From Gekko japonicus (lineage: Eukaryota), in assembly GCF_001447785.1 (NCBI RefSeq), contig NW_015167061.1, positions 2,059,770-2,123,769 on the forward strand: a DNA stretch of 64,000 nucleotides. Reading direction: 5' to 3'. Below, one piece after another: positions 11,301 through 23,142 of this stretch; positions within the stretch are counted from its first letter, which is position 1, and every line of letters starts with the position of its first letter. Under the pieces are notes generated by a model. That model saw only the letters and a program-made list of their open reading frames with translations, was not told the origin of the DNA and ran no database searches. The position numbers were made by a program, and so were the translations under genes.

Positions 11301-14300
11301 CTCTCAGGGAACTAAATCAGCTGTTTCTGCCGTGGGGAATGTCTTGCGTGTTTATGGGCTGGAAATGCGTGACACTTCTTTCTCTTTCAAAGATCTCAAA
11401 AACCTGGATTGCTGTAGAACAGGGAATGAATGGTGCATCTATTCAAAAGTAAATATCTCAGGCCTTGTGCAGTCTTATGTGTGGCGACCGTGCGGTGCTC
11501 CATGTGTGTATCTGTGCGGACCTAATAGCAAATGGACTGGCACGTAATTGAGAAGCTAACTTACTTGGCCCAGTGCTGGTTGTGTGCCCTTTGAGAGAGC
11601 TGAGGGGGTGCAACTTTAACTTCCCACACACAACCTGCAATAGGCCCTCCAAGAAGACCTCTGGCGGCTTTAAGCGTGAACCGTCTTTTAAAAACTCTGC
11701 CTTTTTAGATCATGTACAACGGGCAGCCGATCACCAAACTGGCATGCGGAGCTGAATTCAGCATGATAATGGACTGCAAGGGGAACCTCTATTCCTTTGG
11801 GTGCCCTGAGTATGGGCAGCTGGGTAAGTGGCCCATCTTTTCCAGACTCTTCTTTCTTTGACTGTATCTAATAAGAACATAAGAGAAGCCAGTGCTGGAT
11901 CGGGCCAATGGCCCCTCCAGTCCAACACTCTGTCACACAGTGGCCAAAAAGACCAGGGGCCATCAGGAGGCCCACCAGTGGGGCCAGGACACTAGAAGCC
12001 CTCCCACTGTTGACCCCCCCCCCCAAGTACCAAGAATACAGAGCGTCCCTTGACCCAGACCGAGAGTTCCTATCCATACCTTGTGGCTAACAGCCACTGA
12101 GGGACCTCTGCTCCATATGTTCATCCATAAGAACATAAGAGAAGCCAATGTTGGATCAGGCCAGTGGCCCATCCAGTCCAACACTCAGTGTCACAGTGGC
12201 CAAAAATACCAGGTGCCATCAGGAGGTCCAGCAGTGGGGCCAGGACACTTGAAGCCCTCCCACCATTGCCCCCCCCCCCAAGCACCAAGAATACAGAGCA
12301 TCTCTTGCCCCGGACCGAGAGTTCCTACCTATACCTTGTGGCTAATAGCCACTGATGGACCCCTGCTCCATATGCTTATCTAATTCCCTCTTGAAGCCGT
12401 CCATGCTTGTAGCCACCACCACCTCCTGTGGCAGAGAATTCCATGTGTTAATCACTCTTTGGGTGAAGAAGGACTCCCTTTTATCTGTTCTAACCCGACC
12501 ACTCAGCAATTTCATTGAGTGCCCACGAGTTCTTGTATTTTGGGAAAGGGAGGAAAGTACTTCTTTCTCGACCTGCTGCATCCATGCATAATCTTATAAA
12601 CCTTGATCGTGTCACTCCTCAGCCGTCGTTTCTCCAAGCTAAAGAGCCCCAAGCGTTTTAACCTTTCTCCCAACACACAATATCTGCTTCTGGGGCATGA
12701 ATACATAATGGCCCTTCTGGGTCAGAACAGTGGTCCACAGTAGCACTCTCAACCTTTCCTCCAGCAAATCTGAAGAAAAATTTATAGCATCCTGGTATTC
12801 ACTCATTAACTATATGGTTGAATCTGGTGTAATTCCAGCAAATCCTTTATACAAATCAATTATATACTTTTGAAACATTATTTGGCTTGGATCTTAGATA
12901 ATATCTGAAGTTACTTTCAGAACACTGATTTAAAATCTGCCTGTAAAGATATATATTCATTGTACGATTGTTGCCATAAGAGATGTTTTGTAGTGTGTAA
13001 TACAGTCCTCTGGAGTCTTCAGCCTGGACATAGTTAAGCATGCATGTTTTTTCCTAACCTATTTTTGTACTTCATCTGCAGACATCTATTGCATTTACCT
13101 TGTATTGTTACTAAATTCCTAAATAAAAATTATACATAATTTTTGAAAAAAGTACAGGGGTCCACCTAGGCCAGCGTGTTGCTCCCTGACAAGCCCCGGG
13201 GCAGGGCACAGAGGCCAAGGCCTTTCGCAACAGCTGGCCGTCAGAGGGACAGTGTCTCTGAACTGGGTCTGTTCCATTCATCCACCGATGGGCCTCTTCC
13301 TCCTGAAATTTGCCTCCTCTCTTAAAGACATCTAATCTAGCAGCCGTTACTAAGCATTTCTCCTCACCGCACAGAGTTTTGCCAGTGGGCCGTGTGCAGC
13401 GCTTTGAACTGGTTCCTTTTGCCTGCTTTGAATCAGTGCCTATCAGCCTCATGTTTTTCTTCTCTCTGATCTTCCTCTGTCCTACGCAGGGCACAACTCT
13501 GATGGAAAGTTCATCGCCCGAGCACAGAGGATAGAGTATGACTGTGAGCTGGTTCCCCGCCGCGTTGCCATCTTCATAGAAAAGACAAAAGACGGCCAGG
13601 TCCTTCCTGTACCAAATGTGGTTGTGAGGGATGTGGCCTGTGGCGCGAACCACACGGTAAGGAGCGCTAGCATAGCCTTTGGAAGCCCCAGAGAAGGGGG
13701 GGGGGTTTGGCTGACGGGCATGGGAAGTTGGCACGATTCTCCTCTCTTGCCTGCCTCCCTGCTTCCAGGGAACTCAGGATAGCGTACATTGTTCTCTTCT
13801 TCCGTATTTTTATCCTCTTGGAGACCCTGTGAGGTAGGACAGACGGAGAAAGAGTGGGTTGGCTCCTGCCAGCTTTTCCGCCCTCTGTCCCATGTGGCTC
13901 TCATCCATGCAAGGTCCACAGTTGCCAGCGTAGGCTTCGGGGGGGGGGGTCAAATGGAATTCCTTCCTTCCTCTTTCACCAACAAAAAAGTTGGTGAGAT
14001 GCAACACAGTGCCTGGCCCAAGATTCCCTTGTGAGCTTTGTTGATATTAATAGAAAGATGAAAAACCCAGAAAACTTGAAGGGGGGGAATGCTTTTCCAG
14101 AAAAAGAGAATATGGTGAGCAAGGCTCCCTCTAAGCTGTGGAGTCTTGTGAGCAAAAATTCTACTTTGGGAGCTACTACTGGCATTAAAGTTGTGAGCGA
14201 GCAATTTGGCTGCTGCATAAATTAGTCTGCTCTAGAGCCATCCTTTGTGAGCAAAGGCAAAAACATGCGAGCTGGAGGCTAAAAAACTGAGTTAGCTCAC

Positions 14301-17300
14301 ACTAACTCAGCTTAGAGGGAACACTGATGGTGAGCATTATGAATTAAACCCACATGACATTAGGCAGGTAGTCGTCATAGTAAAATTTATTGTGTAGCCA
14401 TTGGTCATTTCCATTTAAAATTTAAATTTAAACAATATACAAATTAGACAACTTACAGCACTGGAATTCAAATTAGATTTAAAATATAATAACCTCTAAA
14501 AATCTGCACGTTCAGTATTTCAATTCATTAAAACCTTAAATATAGATACCCGTCTCCAGAAACACGTACACAGCCGCATACATTGCCGTTTTACAGTTCA
14601 ATTTCATTTCAATGTCCTATGTTCTTGGCCCTGATTTTACTAGCTGCTAAGGCGAAGAGTGGTACCCTATAGGAAACTGTAGGGTCTGCGTCTGACAGCA
14701 GAAATATTAATTTATCGGTGTCAGAAAAAAATTGCAATTGATCTATTATTGCAGTCAAGAGTTTACATCTCGGTTCCCAGACATGAGGCAGGTGGAAAGG
14801 AAAATTCTGCTGGTAGAGAAACCTTGAGAGAGGAGGCATTCTGGTGTGCTTAAGTACTTCATTCATGTTAGAAGGGTACCAATATATTAAACTACTTCTT
14901 CATCCTTTTCCGTGAGCCAGCGTAGTGTACTGATCTGGGAGACCCGAGTTCAAATTCCCACTCTGCCATGGCAGCTCACAGGTTAACTTTGGGCTGGTCA
15001 CATACACAACCTAACCTGTCTCACAGGATGGTGGTTGGGAAGGTAAAAGGGAGAAGAGGAGAATGTAATGTTTGGGGAACAGAGCCAGTTTGGTGTAGTG
15101 GTTACGTGCGCAGACTCTAATCTGGGAGAACCGGGTTTGATTCCCCACTCCTCCACTTGCACCTGCTGGATGACCTTGGGCAAGCCATAGTCCTGTCAGA
15201 GCTGTTCCTGAAAAGAGCAGTTTTTGTCAGAGCTCTCTCAACTCCACCTACCTTGCAGGGTGTCTGTTGTGGGGAGGGGAAGGGAAAAGGAGTTTGTAAG
15301 CCACTCTGAGACTCTGAGTGAAGGGTGGGGTATAAATCCAATCTACTCCTCCTCCCCCTCTCCTTCCTTCACATGCAGTTGCTGGTGTGACCTTGGGTCA
15401 GTCACAAGTTATTTCAGAGCTGTTCTCTCAAGGGCTGTTCTCAATAGAGCTCTCTCAGCCCCACCTGCCTCACAGGGGGTGTCTGTTGTGGGGAGGGGAA
15501 GGGAAAAGGAGTCTATAAGCCGCTCTGAGACAACTTTTGGGTAGTGAAGGGCGGGGTATAAATCCAACCCCTTCTTCTTCCAGTTATCCTCAGTGTCTGG
15601 CTTTTCTTTTTAAGGTCATGTCACAAACCAAGTCCTCTGTGAAGTCTCCTCTCCTGAAATTCCCTTTTTGCCCATGATGACCTCCTCTCTCCATTCAGCT
15701 TGTTTTAGACTCCCAGAAACGGGTCTTCTCCTGGGGCTTTGGGGGCTATGGCCGGCTGGGTCACGCTGAGCAGCGAGACGAGATGGTGCCCCGACTGGTC
15801 AAGCTGTTTGACTTCCCAGGCCGGGGGGCGGCACAGATCTACGCGGGCTACACCTGCTCCTTTGCTGTCAGTGAAACGGGTACGTGTGGCCATATTCAGT
15901 TAGTGAGGTGGATGTTTAGAAACGTAAGCTGTTGTGGGGCGGGGGGGTGTACAGCACAATGCCTACCTGGTGGCGGCAGCGGCTGAGTATCTCAACCAGA
16001 GATGCTTGACTGCTTGCAGAAGGCAGTCCCGGAGCGAAGAACTGCGAGCCTGGCCCAAGGTCTGTCTGTGGTCCGTTTTTATGCTGCCTATTTTTATACT
16101 GCGTTGGGGCTTCTTAAACACTGGGTTTTAAATAATATCTTCTAACGCTTTGCTTTTATTTTATCCCGTATGCTGCCTCTGGCAGATTCCTACAGATTGC
16201 CCCACACACACACACATACACCCCGGTTAATTACAAAAGAGCCAGAGTCCAGCGGCACCTTCAAGACTAACAAAATTGTGGCAGGGGAGGAGCTTTTGGG
16301 AGCCGCTGCTTGGACTCTTGCTCTTTTCGACTACCACAGACAGACAAACATGGCCACCCATCTTGATTAATTACAAATGCCATTAATTATGGTGCCTAAA
16401 ACTGCTGCGAGTCTATTATTGGATGGCCTCAGGTTCTTGCCTTTTCAGGGAGGCTGACTTTGTCTAAGAAACAGTAATGGTGAGACAGGCTTAAGGGTGG
16501 AGAAGGCCTGCCTGTTGGCATTCCAAAGCGCAGCACTGTGCGAATGATGCCTGCAGGAGCCACCTGTGCCAGAGACAGCTGTGGCTACGCAAGAAGACCG
16601 ATCCTGACTCTCCCCCTCCCTCTCCCTGTGTCTCGCAGGTGGCCTGTTTTTCTGGGGAGCCACAAACACTTCACGGGAGTCCACGATGTACCCCAAAACC
16701 GTGCAGGATCTGTGTGGCTGGAAAATCCGCAGTCTGGGTTGCGGGTAAGAGTGTGTGTGTGTGTGAAAGAGAGAAATCTTTCCAGGAAATGGGCAGGCAG
16801 GGTGGCAAGATGCTGAAATGCAGGAGTTGCAAGAGGACGTTTGCAAACGGCTTTACCCACTCCCCAAGTCCTGAGTTAGCTTGTTAACAGGATTGACACG
16901 TGCAGTTGAATTACCTTCAGAACTGGAAACTTGTGCGGGGTTGCCATGATCCTCCAGTCTTGTTTATGTGCCCCCTCTTCCCAGTATCTTTGTTTCATTA
17001 AACATTGTTAGTCTTAAAGGTACCACTGGGCTCAAAGTTTGTTCTATTGCTTCAGACCAACAGGGGCTACCCCCCTGAATCATTGTCTCACAGGATGAAC
17101 TTTGTGTGGGGATGTAGGTAGCCCTGGAACTGATTCTGTTGAAATGCAAAAAAGCAGGAAGGGCTGACCTTCTGGTGCCCTGGACTGGGACTGGGGGTTT
17201 TTTTTTGTGTGTGTGTGGGGGGGTGAATCTGCCTTTGCATAAGGATGTGTGCGCTGCCTCCCTGGCTGTGAGTGCTGCATTTAAAAAGCTGTTGGGAGGG

Positions 17301-19967
17301 TTGAGTCATCTTACCTTTGCTAATTGTTGCTTTTAATAGACCAGTTTCTATGCCTCTAATGGGCTTAGAGGTTCTTTTAGATTTGTTGTGAACTTTCTTT
17401 GTACTGTTTGCTAATGGTCTGGAATTCCATTGTCTTTCTAATGGCGGGAAGTGAATAGGAAATCTTTTTTGGGGGCGGGCAGTTTAATGGGAGGTGGGAG
17501 AGAAGGACTGAAAGAATCTTGCTTCTAAGGAAAATAGTAAAAAGCCCAGTGGCACCTTTAAGACTAACAAACTTTATTGAAGCATAAGCTTTTGAGAAAC
17601 ACAGCTCTCTTCGTCAGATGCATCCGACGAAGAGAGCTGTGTTTCTCGAAAGCTTATGCTACAATAAAGTGTGTTGGTCTTAAAGGTGCTACTGGGCTTT
17701 TTACTATTTTGCAGCCACAGACTAAGACGGCTGAACTCCTCTGGATCTATGAGTTGCTTCTAAGGGAATCATGATCCAGAGTTCCTGCTGCTCGCCCTTT
17801 CCCTGGCATCAACCAAAGGGGGGGAGGGATCTTTTAGTAATGGTAGCCCTGACTTCCTTGCCCCTAAATAGAAAAGAACCTGCCCTACTCATCTGTCTGA
17901 GCCTGAGGAGGACCGGAGGGGCATATGATTGCTTGCATTTCTGACCATTTGGGTTTGCAAAATGGGATGCGACTCATCCCCAAGGTGCAGCCTGGGGGGG
18001 GGCGGTGTTCTTTTCAGCTCCTGGAGCTTTACAGTCTAAGTACAGGGTTCAGAGACTCTTGCCTGACGAAGGAGTTGCAAAGGGAGTTGGGCTCTCCAGT
18101 GGTCAGTGTCCCTCTGGCTGGAGGCCGTTGTGGGTGCCAGTAGGGCTTTCTGAGCAGTAACCTCCTTTGCTTCCCTATTTCAGGAAAAGCAGTGTTATAG
18201 TGGCTGCCGATGAGAGCACCATCAGCTGGGGCCCGTCTCCAACCTATGGAGAACTGGTAAGGAGGCCGCCACGTGGGGCTGTGGGGAGCTAAAACCAGGG
18301 GCTTCTCTGTTGCTGCTGGGCACACCCAGCACATTTCTTCTGGACACTTACAATATGCTAGTGAACCTTGGCCCAAGGGTCTCTGCAGAGGGTCTTCTCT
18401 CTCCTTGGGGAACCAGTTTGGTGTCGTGGTTAAGTGCACAGACTCTAATCTGGGAGAACCGAGTTTGATTCCCCACTCCTCCACTTGCATCTGGCTGGAT
18501 GACCTTGGGCAAGCCACAGTTCTGATAAGAGCTGTTCTTGAAAAAGAGCAGTTTCTGTCAAGAGCTCTCTCAGCCCTGCCTACCTCACAGGGTGTCTGTT
18601 GTGGGGAGGGGAAGGGAAAGGAGTTTGTCATCCGCTCTGAGACTCCCTTGGGTAGTGAAGGGCGGGGTATAAATCCAATCTCTTCTCTTCTCTTCTTCTC
18701 CTTCCCTGCACCCAACACACTGACCTGGTAAATGAGCCTCTTATGTGGTAAGATCTCAGTGTCTCAAGGAACGCTACCTAGGCAGTGCAGCTTTCGAGTA
18801 GCCTTTGAGGAGTGGAGCAAGGGCAGGCGTGGGTGTGAGGGCACGGGCTCGTTCCTTGGCACCTGCTTTGTTGGCCGTTGTGGGCAAGGCCTGGGCCGGG
18901 CTCTGCAGCTGGGTCCTTGGGGAGAGCTTCAGCTCCACCCCCCGGCACCGTTAGTGGGTCTTGCAGCATCAAATTGCAGAGCGCTTTGCTTTCCCCACAA
19001 GTGCCAGAGCCTGTCTGACGTATTCTTTAAGAGGCCATTTGGCAGGCGGGCGCTGTTTGCGCTGCAGACGCCGTTGTTTATGGGCTCCATTTTCCACCTG
19101 GAAATTGGAGATTTATTTCCCGAAGCCTGCACACTGATCTCTGGGCCCGTTCCGCTCTCTGGAGCGATAAATTCCCACTTATCCCTCCCCTGGAGGTGCT
19201 TCACTTTTAACCCCGAGATCAGCCTCCGTGGCAGAGGCCTCGGGCACTTGGTGTCATCGTCTCAGTGACTCTCTGGGGTGGCTAGTTTGCTGCGGGTACA
19301 GAGATCGAATGGTTGGGCCAGAGGCACACAGCAGAGTGCGGGCCTTTGTGGCCTACACTTTGAACCCGTTCACCAGCGTCTACAGGAGTACCTCCTACAA
19401 ATGACGTTGCTTCGGACCAGGAATGCTGCACGACTCCCAGGACTCCCTGGCTCTCCAAAGGACTTCCAGGCCAGTATGAGCAGAGTACCTAAGATGCTCA
19501 CTTTGACTTCCAGAGATTACGAAGCATGCCTGTTTCCCAACACAGGAAGCTAATCTTGCTGGCGAGAGAAGCAGATTTTGAGTTTGCTGGCTGGTGACTT
19601 CCACGGCAGCCGTTGGCCTTCTCGGCTCTGACGTCTGCCCTTTGCCTTCTTTCCTCAGGGCTACGGAGACCACAAGCCCAAGTCTTCAACTGCAGCTCAA
19701 GAAGTGAAGACCTTGGATGGGATCTACACAGAGCAGGTAGGAGCAGAAACAGCCACGAGGGAGCCCCCCATGGCCCCTTCCCCAGCCAGAAGTGGCCTCC
19801 TGGCGTGAGACCGAATCCACCACCCAAGCGGAGTGGCCTGCATTCTCTGTCTGTCTGCTCAGGTCACCATGGGCTACGCCCACTCCCTGGCCATCGCCCG
19901 CGACGAGAGTGAAGCCGAGGAGGAGAGACTCAAGAAGCTGCCAGAATACAACCCGCGCACGCTCTAG
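2166..19967 (+). CDS. RCC2: RCC2 (regulator of chromosome condensation 2 / TD-60), spliced CDS, ~498 aa
   Basis: join(2166..2378?,5507..5600,8840..8983,10444..10575,11124..11212,11709..11823,13490..13656,15699..15879,16639..16744,18184..18256,19659..19736,19863..19967). Exons 2-12 have GT-AG boundaries and compatible phases. Translation matches recalled vertebrate RCC2 (GQLLIFGATNWDLIGRKEVPKQQ ... LPEYNPRTL*). The first donor is uncertain. Confidence 0.97.
2533..2729. mobile_element. Family-1 hAT MITE
   Basis: Shared internal sequence, degenerate TIRs. Confidence 0.7.
2909..3116. mobile_element. Family-1 hAT MITE
   Basis: TIRs; degenerate 8-bp TSD gttgctgt/gttgttat. Confidence 0.78.
3170..3847. 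mobile_element. Palindromic non-autonomous DNA transposon, PIF/Harbinger-like
   Basis: TIR GGGTGCGTTCAGACG (3170-3184, tandemly duplicated; right copy 3833-3847); internal hairpins; TSD not clean. Confidence 0.6.
5507..5600 (+). CDS. RCC2: RCC2 coding exon 2
   Basis: cccag|KLEGPKFKGQLLIFGATNWDLIGRKEVPKQQ|gtaggt, 94 nt. Confidence 0.96.
6027..6225. mobile_element. Family-1 hAT MITE (right TIR partly deleted)
   Basis: Shared internal sequence. Confidence 0.7.
7221..7558 (-). mobile_element. Sauria SINE-like element
   Basis: AAAGGTAAAGG tail and GGTCATGTGGCCGGCATGACT core; second copy at 42589-42930. Confidence 0.7.
8038..8403. repeat. 64-bp inverted repeat (8038-8101 / 8340-8403) around a (TAA)n-tailed insert
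   Basis: Arms are reverse complements with 1 mismatch. Confidence 0.9.
8840..8983 (+). CDS. RCC2: RCC2 coding exon 3
   Basis: AAYRNLGQNLWGPHRYGCL...GKLWSW, ag/gtgagt, 144 nt. Confidence 0.96.
9154..9169. other. Assembly gap (N run)
   Basis: 16 N. Confidence 1.
9419..9805. mobile_element. Family-2 hAT MITE (TIR CAGGGGTCATT)
   Basis: 8-bp TSD agagcatc; a second copy lies inverted at 43567-44029. Confidence 0.75.
10444..10575 (+). CDS. RCC2: RCC2 coding exon 4
   Basis: GRNDKGQLGHGDTKRVDAP...ACGRNHTLALT (RCC1 repeat), 132 nt. Confidence 0.96.
11124..11212 (+). CDS. RCC2: RCC2 coding exon 5
   Basis: ENGSVFAFGENKMGQLGLGNQTDAVPSPTQ, 89 nt. Confidence 0.96.
11709..11823 (+). CDS. RCC2: RCC2 coding exon 6
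   Basis: IMYNGQPITKLACGAEFSMIMDCKGNLYSFGCPEYGQL, 115 nt. Confidence 0.96.
11872..12668 (-). mobile_element. CR1 LINE 3' fragment with duplicated 3' UTR
   Basis: ORF2 C-terminal remnants [40 protein letters not shown]; (TTCTTATG)n tail. Confidence 0.85.
13490..13656 (+). CDS. RCC2: RCC2 coding exon 7
   Basis: GHNSDGKFIARAQRIEYDCELVPRRVAIFIEKTKDGQ...ACGANHT, 167 nt. Confidence 0.96.
14120..14326. mobile_element. Family-1 hAT MITE
   Basis: Perfect 8-bp TSD ATGGTGAG (14112-14119 / 14327-14334). Confidence 0.88.
15081..15580 (+). mobile_element. tRNA-derived squamate SINE (Squam3-like), one full copy plus one partial tandem copy
   Basis: A/B-box head AGCCAGTTTGGTGTAGTGGTTA...GGTTTGATTCCCC and (CTT)n tail; more than 10 copies in the window. 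Confidence 0.8.
15699..15879 (+). CDS. RCC2: RCC2 coding exon 8
   Basis: LVLDSQKRVFSWGFGGYGRLGHAEQRDEMVPRLVKLFDFPGRG...AVSET, 181 nt. Confidence 0.96.
16639..16744 (+). CDS. RCC2: RCC2 coding exon 9
   Basis: GGLFFWGATNTSRESTMYPKTVQDLCGWKIRSLGC, 106 nt. Confidence 0.96.
17531..17753. mobile_element. Penelope-like retroelement remnant: 180-bp palindrome with hammerhead-like motifs
   Basis: Palindrome 17531-17710 centred on GATG|CATC; 12-bp TSD TTGCTTCTAAGG (17519-17530 / 17754-17765). Confidence 0.65.
18184..18256 (+). CDS. RCC2: RCC2 coding exon 10
   Basis: GKSSVIVAADESTISWGPSPTYGEL, 73 nt. Confidence 0.96.
18411..18700 (+). mobile_element. Squam3-like SINE
   Basis: Same consensus as the copy at 15081. 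Confidence 0.8.
19659..19736 (+). CDS. RCC2: RCC2 coding exon 11
   Basis: GYGDHKPKSSTAAQEVKTLDGIYTEQ, 78 nt. Confidence 0.96.
19863..19967 (+). CDS. RCC2: RCC2 last coding exon
   Basis: VTMGYAHSLAIARDESEAEEERLKKLPEYNPRTL*TAG. Confidence 0.96.
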   Translation, partial: VTMGYAHSLAIARDESEAEEERLKKLPEYNPRTL

Positions 19968-21893
19968 CCTGGGCCGCCTGCCCTCTCCGAAGCAGCTGCC
20001 CCTTCCGATGTGCACTGGGACGCAGAGTCGGGCGAAGAGGTGGCCGACATCGATGAGCCGGCGCCTGTTGGGCTACCAGAGATTGGGTTTTATGAGCAAT
20101 TTCACGTCTTGACTGCCTGTTGCTATGACTCTTCCCCTTCTCCTACCCCCGTCTGCCCTTTCCAAAGGATGGCTTGTTTTGTATTGGTATTTTTGTTTTG
20201 GTTCTTTGTTGCGGGGGGGGGGGGGGGTGAGTTATGTTGACGAGATCTGCTCATGCCTGACCTCTTACCATTCCAATGAAAATGGCAGGACTGTTTTGTC
20301 AAAATTGGGACAACTCGTCTTTTTGTTAATCTGGCTACGGTTAAGCAGCGGACCAGAAAGCAGCATTTTGAAGAAAGGTGGTGGCCGGAACTCTTTCGCC
20401 CGCAAAAGCTTTCCTCTTTTGTAGAAGGGCCCTCTCGCCTTTACTCCACTTCCTTAGAAACAAGGGGTAAGTAGGAGGCCTCTGTAGGGGGGCTTGTGGG
20501 GCTTCTCGCTCCCTTCTGCTTAAACAGGCACCTGCCACATAAACACCCCAGAGAACATTCGGCGTGAGCCAGTGGGAACATCCACTCACTCCTTGGTACT
20601 TAAGGTTGAGCTCTCACATGGCAGGATGTTGTTGGGAGTCCAACTGGGCCTGCATCGTTCTTGTATGCTGAACAGTTCCTTCTCTTGGCAGGAGATTAGA
20701 AAGTGACATTTTCTTATAGGGACCTCCCTGGCAAGCTAGCATTTCCCCTGCCTTTACAGGTGCCACCACACGAGGGCATCTCCAAAGGCTGTACAAGCAT
20801 GGGAGAATGGAGTGGTGGTTGTTTTCTGACACTCCTGGCTCAGACAGGTTAGGGGGCAGGGCTTCTCTTGCTCCAGCGCCTCTTCCCTCCTCCGCCAGCC
20901 ATTGAGCAGGGCTAACTCCATACAGAGCAGAGGGCCAAATTCTCTGCAGCTGGGACTTGCTGGCCCCGCATTTGGAGGGAGCCCCTTCTGTTCAGCCTAG
21001 ACACGCACAGCAACGGGCCAAGGATGTGTCACTAAACAATTCCCCCACGCTAAGAGGTACCCCAGGTAGTACTGGAGGGGGAACCTGGATTGAGATGAGG
21101 TTGGAAGTGGAGTGGCCGGTCTCCTGACTGCAGTCCCCCGGACTTGACCGCCCACAGGTTCTTCTGCCCCTCTGTGCCATGCTGGAGAAATTCGGTGCCT
21201 TGAACCAGAGACCACGTTTGTTCTTTCTTCTTGTTACTATGAACGCCTATATTCAGGCATTTCTCCCTCTGCCACCCTCCCTTCTCCTGTTTGTTACCTG
21301 TGTGCTCTCCGAAAGCATGGGGGCCCCAGAGCCAGCAGTGTCTGATGTCTTGTTACTTTTTTGGTTCTTGAAAAAGTTTGGGTTACAGAAGCGCTGGGCA
21401 GAGAGTGGATGGGAAAGAGGGGAACGGGGGTAGTGCCGCGTGGCCTTTTTGAAACGAAAATCGGCACAGCCATTCTACACAGTTCCCTTCTCTCCGCTGT
21501 CCTGGCTGTTCAGCGTTGTTGTTGTTTTTTAACAATTCTGTTACCCTCCCTCTCCCCCCCCCCCTTCAGAAAGTGGGACTGTTTCTTTTGCCATGTAGTT
21601 CTCACCACCTCTTGGGGAGAAAGCTCAGTTGGAGACGTATTTTGGAAATTTAATTTGCCACCAAAGAGAGCGTGTGTCTCCGAAGGGAAAAACTTTGCTC
21701 AGGTACTCTTTGAGCGCAGATGTGCCCGGAGGCCTCTCCTGCACCCCTTTTTCTAATGTGGGGGGTGGGGAGAGGGAAAGAAGGGAGCCGAGCTGGAAAT
21801 ACTCCTGAGGCTGTTTTGAATTTGAATAAGGTAGGAAAGTTTCCTAGCCTAATGCTGTAATTTACCCCCTTTGGTTTTTTTTATATTTCTCAA

Positions 21894-21899
21894 AATAAA
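21894..21899 (+). terminator. RCC2 polyadenylation signal AATAAA (3' UTR ~1.9 kb)
   Basis: AATAAA preceded by U-rich sequence and a TGTA motif, at the end of a repeat-free stretch after the stop codon. Confidence 0.7.
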
Positions 21900-22400
21900 T
21901 GTTTAAATACAGGATGAACTTGTGTAGACCTCCTCAGTGCAAAACACACACACACTCCACCCACCATGCATTTTGGAGGCACTGCGTCAGACAGGTTCCA
22001 AAGTGCATAGCAGCTTCAGGCACAGTGGAAACTTGCCTGTGGAACTCTCTGCCACTCAACCTGGCAATGCACGGAGGCACTCCATCTGTGGCAGGCGGAG
22101 GTAAAGGGCTACTGCCTAAGCTGATGGTGGCACTTGGGATGTGCCAGGGTCTCCGACTTCTGGGCATGGCTTGGCAGGTAGGGGAAGGCCGCATCCCCAG
22201 GGGCTGTGGGAGTGCCCACCACCTCTGCCAGTGTTCTAAGTTTCTGAACCGAGAGATTCTGGAGTGGGATGGGAGCCCCCCTCGGCCAAGAGCAGTTCTC
22301 CATGCCCCTCCCTCTCATGTGCACATAGACACACAGAACATGTTGGGTGTGAATGCCTTTTCCACCTCCGTGCCATCAATACTCAATAGTTCTTCAGAAC

Positions 22401-22406
22401 TTTAAT
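22401..22406 (-). terminator. Probable PADI-A polyA signal ATTAAA
   Basis: ATTAAA on the - strand at a position homologous to ATTAAA 55352-55357 of PADI-B. Confidence 0.55.
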
Positions 22407-23142
22407 GAAAACAGCATGTGAAAACAATTGGGGGGGGGGGGAAGGCTGTTGGCAAGATACAACTTTTTAAAAAGGTCTGCAGACATTCAGAATTACTTGG
22501 AAATGTACATTTCTCACCCTTGTTCCTTTCTGGCACTTGGAGATCTTATGCCACACATTGTAGGGACACACACACACGAGAGAGAGGTGAGCCGTTCCTC
22601 TACCTGAATGCCTGGCCCTTTGAGGTCCTCTGCTTCAGCCCTCGACCGGGGTCTGTGGCAGTTAGTGCTGCATGGACTACAAGGGCCAGCCCTCCCTCTC
22701 TCTCGGTAGCCAAGAAGGTTTCCAAGGGGTCCTCGCTTGGGACAAGTCCAAGGGGTGAACTACCCAGCCCAGTAGCACTGGTCATAATCCCAGCTTCCCT
22801 GGACTCAGGCAGGCAGTGTACTTTGGGGGGGGGGGGCGTGGAGTATGCCTGCAGCCTCCAAGCCTCCTTATTCCTTTCTAAAAACACTAAACAGCCTGAG
22901 GTAGCCCCTAGAACCCTGGAGGGCAGGATGTATCCTTAAGGGTTGTTAACGCGCCTGTTAATGGCTCTCCATACATGATTTTAAGGATGAATGGAATGTC
23001 AGCATTTCCATGCTGGACAGAGTAATGGGAACTGCAAGAGGACCAAATCACCTTCATAAATTCCCACCAAGAGAACCCAGTGAGGCTCCCAAGAAAGTTA
23101 CTGACTGCTACATGCGAGACTGGTGCAAGCTACCCAGGGAAA

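Noticed and set aside
14380-14780. AT-rich segments (also ~9830-10150, 12740-13130) with short ORFs
   Set aside because: Probably decayed LINE 3' fragments; the family cannot be assigned with confidence by eye.
15081-15155. tRNA-like sequence with A/B boxes
   Set aside because: Head of a SINE that continues into the SINE body; many diverged copies.
18029-18718. 229-aa - strand ORF and similar [14 protein letters not shown] / [13 protein letters not shown] ORFs
   Set aside because: Chance translations of the multi-copy SINE.
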